Part shown: positions 38,484-47,307 of the stretch, in pieces | Layout: the number at the start of each line of letters is the position of its first letter | Numbering within the stretch: position 1 is the first letter of the stretch | Origin: an uncultured delta proteobacterium | GTDB lineage: Bacteria > Myxococcota > UBA727 > VGSZ01 | DNA: 64,000 bases | Direction: 5' to 3' | Assembly: GCA_963775425.1 (NCBI GenBank) | Contig: CAVZJB010000004.1 | Location: 416,001-480,000 of the forward strand | Program-made: the position numbers and the translations under genes | The notes under the pieces: generated by a model | The model's database searches: none | What the model was told of the DNA's origin: nothing | What the model saw: only the letters and a program-made list of their open reading frames with translations

Positions 38484-39620
38484 GTGGATTTCTCGTTCAC
38501 CCTCCTCGGCACCGACGGCGACGCGCGGCGCGGGCGGCTGGTCACGCCCCACGGGGCGATCGAGACGCCGATCTTCATGCCGGTCGGCACCGCGGGCAGC
38601 GTCAAGTCACTCGGGCCGGACGACCTCGTCGAGGCGGGCACGCAGATCCTCCTCGCGAACACCTACCACCTGCTCCTGCGCCCCTCGCCCGAGCGTGTGG
38701 CGCAGCTCGGCGGGCTGCACGAATTCATGTCCTGGGACCGCCCGATCCTCACCGACTCCGGCGGCTTCCAGGTCTTCTCGTTGGCGCAGGGCGCGCGCGG
38801 TGAGGGGCCGCTCGCCAAGGTCGACGACGACGGCGTCACCTTCCGTTCGCACCTCGACGGCCGCAAGTACCGCCTCACGGCCGAGGAGAGCATGCGCATC
38901 CAGATGCTCCTCGGCGCCGACATCGTCATGGCGTTCGACGAGTGTCCGCCCGGGGGCGCCTCGCGCGACGTGATCGCCCGCGCCATGACGCGGACCTCGG
39001 CGTGGCTCCGGCGGAGCGTCATGGCAATGACGCGGGAGGGTTCACGCCTGTTCGGAATCGTCCAGGGTGGCATCCACGACGACCTCCGCATCCAGCACGC
39101 GCAGGAGCTGACGTCGACGTACGACCTGTTTGGCTGGGCGGTCGGCGGGCTGTCCGTGGGAGAGGGCAAAGCAGACATGCTCCGTGCGCTCTCCACCACG
39201 ACGCACCACATGCCCATCCACAAACCGCGCTACCTGATGGGCGTGGGCACGCCGGAGGATCTCCTCGACGGTGTGGCGCGAGGCGTCGACATGTTCGATT
39301 GCGTGATGCCCACCCGAAACGCCCGAAATGCCACGCTCTTTACGTCCGCGGGCAAGGTGCACATCAAGGGCGCCCGCCACGCCGGCGACGCGGGCCCGCT
39401 CGACCCCGCCTGCTTCTGCTACACGTGCCGCACCTTTTCGAGAGGATATTTGCGCCATTTGTGGAATGCGCGCGAGCTCCTCTTTTTCCGCCTCGCCTCG
39501 CTCCACAACGTCACGTTCTACCTGGACCTGATGGTGCGTTCTCGCACTGCTGTCGAGGAGGGACGCTTTGCGGCCTTCGCGGCGGCGGAGAAGGAGCGGT
39601 GGGCGGCCGGCGATTCTTGA
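38484..39620 (+). CDS. tgt: tRNA-guanine transglycosylase
   Basis: TPIFMPVGT, LANTYHL, TDSGGFQVFSL, FGIVQGG, PRYLMGVG, DMFDCVMPTRNARN, CxCxxC. Confidence 0.98.
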   Translation: MDFSFTLLGTDGDARRGRLVTPHGAIETPIFMPVGTAGSVKSLGPDDLVEAGTQILLANTYHLLLRPSPERVAQLGGLHEFMSWDRPILTDSGGFQVFSLAQGARGEGPLAKVDDDGVTFRSHLDGRKYRLTAEESMRIQMLLGADIVMAFDECPPGGASRDVIARAMTRTSAWLRRSVMAMTREGSRLFGIVQGGIHDDLRIQHAQELTSTYDLFGWAVGGLSVGEGKADMLRALSTTTHHMPIHKPRYLMGVGTPEDLLDGVARGVDMFDCVMPTRNARNATLFTSAGKVHIKGARHAGDAGPLDPACFCYTCRTFSRGYLRHLWNARELLFFRLASLHNVTFYLDLMVRSRTAVEEGRFAAFAAAEKERWAAGDS

Positions 39621-39685
39621 GACACTCGACGAGTGGGAATGCCGAACGCGATGGCTTGTGCGGGCGCGTGCTGTATCATTGTTTC

Positions 39686-41227
39686 GTGCACCAAGAGGAT
39701 TCCGAAGCATGGGCCGAGCTGGGCCGCGCGAGCATCGACGGCATCGTCATCGTCGAGCCGCAAGGTCGGGTGAAGCTCGTCAACGACGCCGCCGCGGGCA
39801 TGTTGCGCGCGGCGACGCGCTCCCTCGTCGGCGTCGAGCTCGGCACGTTCCTCACGCCGTCGCTCGACGTGATCCTCGCGCGCCCGACGGGCGCGCGCAT
39901 CGACGGCACGCTGCGCCTCGCCAACGGCGGCGAGCTGCCCGTGCACGTGTGGGCCCGCGACGGCGGCTCCTCGGTGTCTCTGGTGTTGCGGGACGCGAGC
40001 GAATGGGAGGTGGCGCGCAGCACGCTCACCGTCGTCGCCGCGGGCGTCGAGCACGCGCTCGACGGGTTCGAGATCACCGACGCCGACGGCAACATCGAAT
40101 ATGCCAACGCCGCCCACGCCACGCTCACGGGCTACTCGCTGTTCGAGGCCATCGGCGAGCGCATCACCCGCTACATCGACGACCCGGGCCCGCGCGTGGC
40201 GGTGGAGCAGGCGCTGGCGGCGGGCGTGTCGTGGCGTGGCGAGACGTCGTGCGTGCGCAAGGACGGCGCGGTCCGCTTTCATGATCTCGCCATCACCCCG
40301 GTCCTCGACGGCCGCGCGCACCTGCAGCGCTGGGTGTGCATCCGTCGCGACGTCACCGATCGCGTCGAGGTCGAGCGCGAGGCGGAGATGCTGCGCGCGC
40401 AGCTCGCTCACGCCGAACGCACGAGCATCGTCGGCCGCCTCGCCGCCAGCGTCGCGCACGAGGTCAACAACCCGGCCACCTCCATCCTCGCCAACCTCGA
40501 GATGGCGCGCGAAGAGGTCGATCAGCTCGCGAGGGAGATCGAGATCGAGCGCGTGACCGCGTCCGGCCCCGCGCTCGCGGCCCTCGATGCCTGGTGGGCG
40601 AAGATCCGGATGGACGAGCGCCTCGCAGCCATGCGCGACGCCTTGGGCGACTCATGGGACGGCACCGAGCGCGTGGTGCGGCTGGTGCGCGAGCTGCGCG
40701 GCCTGGCCCGCGTCGCCACCGCGCAGGTGGAGGTGATCTCGCTGAACGACGTCGTGCGGGCGGCCGTGCGCGTCGCGCGCTGCTACGCCCAGGATCGCGC
40801 CGAGCTCTCCCTCGAGCTCGGCGTCGTCCCCGACGTCGCCGCGGACCCCACGCAGATCGGCCAGGTGGTGATGAACCTCGTGGCGTCCGCCACCTCCTCC
40901 ATCACGCCCGGCAACCCCGGCGACAACCACGTCGTGCTCAAGACGTTCCGGCACGGTGACGACGTGGTGCTCACGGTGGAAGACACGGGAACGGGCATCG
41001 CCCCCGAGCACCTGCCCCACGTGTTCGATCCCTTCTATTCGCTGCGCAGCTTCGGCGAAGGCCCGGGGCTCGTCCTGGCCGTGGCGCGCGACATCCTCGA
41101 GCGCGCCGGCGGCGACATCCGCGTCGAGAGCCGCGCCTCGTCACCCGGGCAGCCGTCGTCCCCGGGGACGCGCTACGTCGTGCGGCTGCCGGCGGCGCCC
41201 GCGGTCGTGGACGAGCCGTCGCGCTGA
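39686..41227 (+). CDS. PAS-PAS sensor histidine kinase-like protein with a degenerate ATPase domain
   Basis: Two PAS domains and H-box VAHEVNNP. N-box reads MNLVASA and G2 reads GPGLVL. Confidence 0.88.
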   Translation: MHQEDSEAWAELGRASIDGIVIVEPQGRVKLVNDAAAGMLRAATRSLVGVELGTFLTPSLDVILARPTGARIDGTLRLANGGELPVHVWARDGGSSVSLVLRDASEWEVARSTLTVVAAGVEHALDGFEITDADGNIEYANAAHATLTGYSLFEAIGERITRYIDDPGPRVAVEQALAAGVSWRGETSCVRKDGAVRFHDLAITPVLDGRAHLQRWVCIRRDVTDRVEVEREAEMLRAQLAHAERTSIVGRLAASVAHEVNNPATSILANLEMAREEVDQLAREIEIERVTASGPALAALDAWWAKIRMDERLAAMRDALGDSWDGTERVVRLVRELRGLARVATAQVEVISLNDVVRAAVRVARCYAQDRAELSLELGVVPDVAADPTQIGQVVMNLVASATSSITPGNPGDNHVVLKTFRHGDDVVLTVEDTGTGIAPEHLPHVFDPFYSLRSFGEGPGLVLAVARDILERAGGDIRVESRASSPGQPSSPGTRYVVRLPAAPAVVDEPSR

Positions 41228-41850
41228 GCGGAGCGCGGCTCCCACCGGATGTCCATCCACAGATCGAACGGGGCGCCGGAGGCGATCTCGATGCGCGGCT
41301 CCATGCCGTAGTGCATCAGCAACCCCTCGATGACGCCGACGTCGCCGCAGTCCACCCAACCGTAATAGTCGGTGTAGTGATAGAGCCAATGACGATCGCC
41401 CTTGCGCTCGGCGGTCACGCTGCCGTAGTTGGTCATCGCCGAGAACATCTTGGGTCCGGCCTTCAGCACGGCGTCGACGTCGCCGGCGAAGAGCGCCACC
41501 AGCACCACGCGCCCGATGAGCGACGAGAGGAACGACGGATAGATGAGGTGGCACGCGCGGCGCAGCGCCTCGCGCAGCGGCACGTCCGGGAAGGCGAGCC
41601 GCGAGAACTGGGCCTCCGCGCGCATGATCTCGCCGCGCCAGTACGTCTTGAGCGGGCTGAAGCCCTTGCGCTCGAGCCCTTCGTACAGCTTGCCCTTCAG
41701 GTCCGGCCGCTCCTTCAAGATGAGCTTTTCGAAGCTGTCGATGAAGAAGCCTTTGATGAGCGCGGTCTGCGGGACCTGTGCGACCACTCGCTCCACGTCG
41801 AGCGGCTCGTGGAACGCGGGGGAATGCAGCGGGGGGACCTCGGGAGACAT
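41173..41850 (-). CDS. DUF2378 / TIGR02265 myxobacterial family protein
   Basis: IKGFFI, AFPDVPLREALRR...FLSSLIGRV, TNYGSV...GVIEG pattern. Confidence 0.8.
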   Translation of the reverse strand: MSPEVPPLHSPAFHEPLDVERVVAQVPQTALIKGFFIDSFEKLILKERPDLKGKLYEGLERKGFSPLKTYWRGEIMRAEAQFSRLAFPDVPLREALRRACHLIYPSFLSSLIGRVVLVALFAGDVDAVLKAGPKMFSAMTNYGSVTAERKGDRHWLYHYTDYYGWVDCGDVGVIEGLLMHYGMEPRIEIASGAPFDLWMDIRWEPRSAQRDGSSTTAGAAGSRTT

Positions 41851-41914
41851 CTTCTCTGATAACGTCGCGCGACTCTCGGCCGAACGTCAATCGGCTCGAA
41901 CGCCCGAGGACAGC

Positions 41915-42568
41915 TTGAAGCGTCTCGACGAGACCGTGCACGCCATGGAGGCCATCGTCGCCGACGTCAAGGCGGGCCTGCTCCCGCGGGACTACGGCTT
42001 TTTCGCGCTCTGCTCGCTGCGCTTCGTCGTCGACCTGGTGCAACACCTCGAGGACGGCGGCTTCCACGACCCCGCCTGGATCCGCGGCCTCGCCCTCGAC
42101 GCCGACCAGCGCTACGTCGACGGCGTGCGCAACGCTCCCGGTGCACGCCCCGGCCCGTGGAAGCTCGCGTTCGACGTGGCGGCGCGCGGCGAGGGAAAGC
42201 CGGTGAAGAACCTGCTCCTCGGGATCAACGCGCACATCATGTACGACCTGGTCGTCACGCTCTCCACGAGCATCGTGCCCGCGCGCCGGGCGCAGCAGCT
42301 CGCGGACTTCCTGCGGCTGAACGACATCATCCGGGGCGCCGTCGACGGCGTGCAGAACGAGCTCGAGGACGGCGGCCCCGAGTGGCTCCTCGACGCCGAC
42401 ATCGCCTTCGGGCGCCTCGACGAGGGCGCGGTATGGGGCACCTTCAAGCTCACGCGCAGCGCGGCGTTCGACGAAGCCGAGCGCCTCCAGGCGGGGCAGC
42501 TCAGCCGCGGCGACGTCGAGCGTCGCGCCCTGCGCATCGGCCGCGCCCTGGCCCTCTTGCCGGTGTGA
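41915..42568 (+). CDS. DUF5995 family protein
   Basis: FHDPAWI...RYVD...PGPWKLAF...LLLGINAHIMYDL...DFLRLNDII. Start is TTG 41915 or ATG 41945. Confidence 0.75.
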   Translation: MKRLDETVHAMEAIVADVKAGLLPRDYGFFALCSLRFVVDLVQHLEDGGFHDPAWIRGLALDADQRYVDGVRNAPGARPGPWKLAFDVAARGEGKPVKNLLLGINAHIMYDLVVTLSTSIVPARRAQQLADFLRLNDIIRGAVDGVQNELEDGGPEWLLDADIAFGRLDEGAVWGTFKLTRSAAFDEAERLQAGQLSRGDVERRALRIGRALALLPV

Positions 42569-42602
42569 CGAGCGGACCCACGACGGACGGTGCGCCGCGA
42601 GG

Positions 42603-44966
42603 CTATGGCCCGGGGTCCCAGGCGCCGTTCGGCATCGACGACGGCTCGATGCGGGGGCCCTTGATGTCGGCGAGGCCGCCGGCGCGGATGGCCTCGACGA
42701 CGCCGGCGGCGGACTGGAGGCCGGAGACGACGGCGGCCTCCATGGCCTGCACGTTGACGCCGTTGCGCGTCCAGTCGCCGCAGCACCACAGGCCGCCGAC
42801 GTCGAGCTCGTAGCGCGCGTGCGGACGGAGCGCGTACAGGCGGGGCTCGGCGGAGAAGAACCGGGTCTCCGCCTGGCAGCTCCGCGAAAACACCCACTTG
42901 ATGGGTGCGGGCTCGCCTCGCCCGACCTTGTTCGCCACGTCCTTCAGGTGCTCGACGACGTCCTCGCCGAGCGCCGGCATGGCGGCGATGTGCCGAAGCG
43001 TCTGCTCGACCACCAGCGGCCCGACCTCGTGCACCCAGCGCGCGAAGTACGCCGCGCGCGCCGCCGGCTTCACCTGACCGAACACGGGCGGCGACAGCGA
43101 GCCGGGCGCGCCGACGTCGAACGCCCAGGCGCGCTCGTCGACGGACCAGGGCTCGAGCTCCATCGGATCGTGCGCCAGTTGCGCCAGCACGTGCTGTACG
43201 CCCACCGGCCACTGGACCCGCCCGGGCGCGGCCTTGTCGTCGTGGGTGAACACGTCGGCCCACGCGCCCACGAGCTCCCACGCCGTCCCGTCGAACGGCC
43301 CCGTCGACGACGCGTCGAGGCGGATGGCTTCGAAGCTCGGCGCGTGCCACGCGCGGCGCAGGTCGACGAGGATGGTGAACAGCCCCTCGAGGTTGGAGAT
43401 CGAAAGCGGCCTGCTCTCGACGGCGTTCGGCGGATCCACGAACGGGAGCGCGAGCTTCTTGTCGAAGAAGAGCTGAAGGTTCACCGTCTCGTTCGCGTAC
43501 GGCGCGAGCAGCCCCAGCCGGCGCCGCAGCTCGCTTCGCGGCAGGAGACGCTTCAAGCACGCGGGCAAGAGCGACGAGACCACGACGTCGGCGGCGAGCG
43601 TGGCGGAGGTGGCTCCCTTGTCGACGGGATCCACCATCGACACCGGGCGCTTCTCACGCCCGGCGTGCGTGGTCACCTCGACGCTGTGGACGCGCCCGGC
43701 GGCGACGTGGATCTGCTTGGCCCACGTGCCCGTGCGAATCACCACCGGTACGCCCTGGGCCGCGCGGTCCTCGATGCGCTGCTTGACGTCGTCCCACACG
43801 GCTTGCGCGTCGTCACCGTCGAAGACCTGGAGCTTGGCGGTCTGAAAGCTCCGGTGCCCGAGCTGCACGTCGCGCAGCGCGCTCGCGAGGTCGAAGGCGT
43901 ACGGCGAGGAGAACGCGGCCTTGTACACGTTCTTCACGTACGGCGACGTGCGGGGATCGTAGTCGAGCGCGGTATCGAGGATCACCCGGGCGTCGCGCAG
44001 GATGAGCCTGAACAGCTCGACGATGGCGCGCTGGGTGTCGCTGAGCCCGCCACCGACGAGCCCTTCGAACAAGCCGGTCACCTTCTCCCCGAGCGAGAGG
44101 GCGAGGTCGCGGATGCCGATGAGGATGCCGTCGACGGCGGCGATGGAGGTGGGACCGTGATCGGGCGCCAGCACCGGTGACAGCGCCGCGTGCGCGTTCT
44201 TCAAGCGCTCGACGACCACGGACTGCCAAAACGGCTTCAAGAGCTCGCTGACCTCGACGTCTTGCGGCGGCCGCCCACCGAGGAGCGCGCGCAGCTCCGC
44301 GCTCACCTCCACCTGTCCGAGCTGCGTGGCGAAGGCCGGGCCGAAAAAGAGGCCCCAGCGCAGGATCGGGCTCAGGTGCTCCTCGTCGAAGAGGATGTCG
44401 AGGAAGGACAGCCAGTCGTCGACCTCGACGTCGCGCACCAGGGTGCGGCGCACGAAGGCCTCGAGGGCGCCCACGAACGCGTCGCCGCGCTTGAAGGCGT
44501 GCAGGATCGCCCGCGCGCGGGGATCCCACGCGAGGTCGGGCTCCTGCGGATCGCAGACGTGGAGCGCGGTGATGCGGCCGGGCTCGTGCCACTCGCCGGG
44601 CACGTCGGGGGGCGCGAGCCAGGCGCAGTACGTCGACGTCGGCCGCGCCGGCGAGAAGCGCGCGCTGCTGTCGCGGGTGAAGCGGAGGAAGTGCCGGTAG
44701 CTGTGCCAGGTGAAGTGGATGCCGTGCGGCGTGTGCGCCGCGTGGGGGCGGTGCGGGTGCTCCTGCGGGTCGACGGCGCCGACGTCCCAACTGGTGGCGC
44801 GGCCGCCGACCTGGTCCTCGCCCTCGACGAGCGTCACCTGCATCCCCGCCGGCAACGTGCCCGCGCGCGCGTACGGCAGGAGCGCCTCGCTCACGGCGTC
44901 GGCGGCGGCGAGACCGGCGAGGCCGCCGCCGAGGATGACGATGTTCTTGGGCCCGCTGTAGGTCAT
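42603..44966 (-). CDS. FAD-dependent oxidoreductase (amine oxidase / carotenoid desaturase superfamily)
   Basis: ILGGGLAGLAAA, VGGR, HGIHFTW and C-terminal GDWTRNG...MEAAVVSG. Confidence 0.82.
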   Translation of the reverse strand: MTYSGPKNIVILGGGLAGLAAADAVSEALLPYARAGTLPAGMQVTLVEGEDQVGGRATSWDVGAVDPQEHPHRPHAAHTPHGIHFTWHSYRHFLRFTRDSSARFSPARPTSTYCAWLAPPDVPGEWHEPGRITALHVCDPQEPDLAWDPRARAILHAFKRGDAFVGALEAFVRRTLVRDVEVDDWLSFLDILFDEEHLSPILRWGLFFGPAFATQLGQVEVSAELRALLGGRPPQDVEVSELLKPFWQSVVVERLKNAHAALSPVLAPDHGPTSIAAVDGILIGIRDLALSLGEKVTGLFEGLVGGGLSDTQRAIVELFRLILRDARVILDTALDYDPRTSPYVKNVYKAAFSSPYAFDLASALRDVQLGHRSFQTAKLQVFDGDDAQAVWDDVKQRIEDRAAQGVPVVIRTGTWAKQIHVAAGRVHSVEVTTHAGREKRPVSMVDPVDKGATSATLAADVVVSSLLPACLKRLLPRSELRRRLGLLAPYANETVNLQLFFDKKLALPFVDPPNAVESRPLSISNLEGLFTILVDLRRAWHAPSFEAIRLDASSTGPFDGTAWELVGAWADVFTHDDKAAPGRVQWPVGVQHVLAQLAHDPMELEPWSVDERAWAFDVGAPGSLSPPVFGQVKPAARAAYFARWVHEVGPLVVEQTLRHIAAMPALGEDVVEHLKDVANKVGRGEPAPIKWVFSRSCQAETRFFSAEPRLYALRPHARYELDVGGLWCCGDWTRNGVNVQAMEAAVVSGLQSAAGVVEAIRAGGLADIKGPRIEPSSMPNGAWDPGP

Positions 44967-45035
44967 GGGCGCGATTACCCTGCGGCCGAACGAGGCGCGA
45001 CCGGGGATCAAGCGACCGGAGGAGCGCCGCGCCAA

Positions 45036-46169
45036 TCAGTTGAGCATCTGGCACCAGGACGGCGCCAGGGCGGGCAGGCCCGTGTCGTGCCAGGGGGAGG
45101 CGCCCGCGGGGACGCTCATCGGGTGGTCGAGCATGAACTGCCAGAGGAACGCGAACTTCGTGACGCCCGGCGGAGGCTCGATGGGCGGCACGGCGTGTCC
45201 CTGGTCGTGGATGCACTGCACCACGAAGTGGCCGTCGGCGAGGAGGGCGTCTTTGTAGGCGATGCTCGCGTCCTTGAAGGAGATGCCGAGCCAGTCGTGG
45301 TCGCCGCCCCACAGGACGATGGCGGGGAACTTGTTGGGCTGCGGCTGGTAGCTCATCGACCAGCCCGTGCCACTGACCTCGAGCGAGCCGAGGCCCCCGG
45401 AGAGGCTCTCGACGGCCGCGAAGTGGTCGGCGCGTTCGGTGGTGGAGACGTACGTGACCCACAGGCCGCCGGCGCTGACGCCGATGCCATAGATGCGTTG
45501 GGGGTCGATGTTGAAGTTCTCGTTCACGCAACTGAGCATGTCGTCGAAGAACGTGAGCTCCTTGTCCGCGCCCCAGGACTCCGCGAACGGCCAATCGAAC
45601 TGATAGGCCTTGTCGCCGTTGTCCTTCCGGAGCTTCTCGGGGAGCACGATGATGAACGGGAACTGTTGGACCGCGCTCTCGAGCTCGCCCTGCGAGATGA
45701 AGGAGTTGGCGTCGGCGTTCAGCCAGTGCCACGCGAACATCAAGGGGTACGGCTGCGTGCCGTCGTAGGAGTCGGGCACCAAAAGGCGGAACGCGCGGGT
45801 GTCCTCCGTGGACGGGAAGTCGTCGACGAGCGAGCTCGCCGAGGTCGGCCCGCCGACGAGCACCGGGCAGGCCCCGTGGGAGTACGGCGGCATCGGCGGC
45901 GGCGTGCGCGCGCCGGGCTCGGGCTCGCCCTCTCCCTCTCCCTCTCCCTCGCCTTCACCCTCGCCCTCGCCCTCGCCTTCGCCCTCTCCCTCGCCTTCAC
46001 CCTCGCCGGCGTCGCCTTCTCCGGCGACGACGTCTCCCTCGCCCTCCCCTTCGGCGGCGACGTCGCCCTCGCCCTCGCCGGCGGCGATCGGGCCGGCGCC
46101 GTCGGGGGCGCACCCTCCGAACGCGAGGGTGACGACGAACGCGGCGAGGGGAGCACACGAGGAGCGCAT
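45036..46169 (-). CDS. Lipoprotein alpha/beta-hydrolase (PHB depolymerase / feruloyl esterase-like) with a (GE)n linker
   Basis: Lipobox FGGC, PYPLMFAWH, IDPQRIYGIGVSAGG (GxSxG), D and HDQGH catalytic candidates. Confidence 0.85.
   Translation of the reverse strand: MRSSCAPLAAFVVTLAFGGCAPDGAGPIAAGEGEGDVAAEGEGEGDVVAGEGDAGEGEGEGEGEGEGEGEGEGEGEGEGEGEPEPGARTPPPMPPYSHGACPVLVGGPTSASSLVDDFPSTEDTRAFRLLVPDSYDGTQPYPLMFAWHWLNADANSFISQGELESAVQQFPFIIVLPEKLRKDNGDKAYQFDWPFAESWGADKELTFFDDMLSCVNENFNIDPQRIYGIGVSAGGLWVTYVSTTERADHFAAVESLSGGLGSLEVSGTGWSMSYQPQPNKFPAIVLWGGDHDWLGISFKDASIAYKDALLADGHFVVQCIHDQGHAVPPIEPPPGVTKFAFLWQFMLDHPMSVPAGASPWHDTGLPALAPSWCQMLN
45925..46080. repeat. 6-bp microsatellite encoding (GE)n
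   Basis: Variants of CTCGCC, CTCTCC and TTCGCC; protein reads GEGEGEGE...; boundaries approximate. Confidence 0.85.
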
Positions 46170-46264
46170 GAGGCGCCTCCTGCCACGGCCACCCCCGCGT
46201 CGAAACCGTGGGTCCTCCCGCCGACGTCGGTCGAATGCCCGACGTTCCCCGAAGGGCGCGCGGG

Positions 46265-46847
46265 TCACTCGTGCCGCAGGGCCTCGATGGGGTCGAGCCG
46301 GGACGCGCGCCAGGCCGGGTAGAAGCCGAAGACCACGCCGACCGTGGCCGCCGCCGCGAAGCCACCAGCAGCCCGGCGGGCGAGGGGGACACGGGCCACT
46401 TCACGAACCGAAACGAGGATCACGTTCATGATGCCGATGCCGCCGACGACCAGCGAGCAGGAGCGCGAGCGTGTCGCTCGCCTGCACGCGGGCTTTCAGG
46501 ATCTCGTCGGGGCGGCGGATGTTGAAGTCGTCCTCGCGCCCGGGCTCGATGTGGTGGCGCTCCCGCATGAGCGCGGTGACCGCGACCGCGTCCTGCACCG
46601 TGAGCGATGTGGTGCCATGAGCGCCGGTGCGGACCCCGTTGATGTTGCGGCCGCCGGCCTCGATCCAGACCAGGTTGTCCCCCAGATCCGCGAGCGCGGC
46701 GAGCGCGCTGTCCGAGCCGGCCTTGCCCACCGCGACGACGAGCACCACGGCGGCGACGCCGACGGCGATGCCGAGCGACGTCAGGACGCTGCGCAGGAGG
46801 TTCCGCCAGAGCGCGCGGGCGGCCTCGAGAGCGAGCCAGAGGGCCAT
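46265..46847 (-). pseudogene. MacB/FtsX-type ABC transporter permease relic with several internal deletions and a frameshift
   Basis: N-terminus RNLLRSVLTSLGIAVGVAAVV and RHHIEPGREDDFNIR, then in another frame [19 protein letters not shown] and [25 protein letters not shown]. Only ~190 codons, against ~400 typical. Confidence 0.85.
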
Positions 46848-46909
46848 GCCCGACCGATACCCCGGACATGCCCTTGCGGTAGGGGGCCGACACGGCTAGC
46901 ACCCGCCGC

Positions 46910-47305
46910 ATGGGTGAAATTGTCCAATCCCTCGTCGCTCAGGCGAGCGGGGGACCCGACCTCATGCAGATCGCGCTGTTCATCGTTCCGATGTTCGCGA
47001 TCATGTACTTCCTCATGATCCGCCCCGAGAGGAAGAAGCAGGCCGATGCCCAGGCCCTGCTCTCCTCGCTCAAGAAGGGCGACGACGTCGTCCTCACGAG
47101 CGGCGTCTTCGGCAAGATCCAGGCTGTCGATGACAAGACCGTGGTCGTCGAGGTCGCCGACAAGGTGCGCCTCAAGGTGCTGAAGCAGGCGGTCATGGGG
47201 CCGTCCGCCCGTTACCTCCAGACGGCGGCGGACCCCAAGAAGCTCGAAGACAAAAAATCGGAAGCGAAGCCCGCCGAAGAGGCGAGCGACAAGAAGAGCG
47301 CATAA
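46910..47305 (+). CDS. yajC: Preprotein translocase subunit YajC
   Basis: MYFLMIRPERK...LKKGDDVVLTSGVFGKI; directly upstream of secD. Confidence 0.95.
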   Translation: MGEIVQSLVAQASGGPDLMQIALFIVPMFAIMYFLMIRPERKKQADAQALLSSLKKGDDVVLTSGVFGKIQAVDDKTVVVEVADKVRLKVLKQAVMGPSARYLQTAADPKKLEDKKSEAKPAEEASDKKSA

Positions 47306-47307
47306 AC

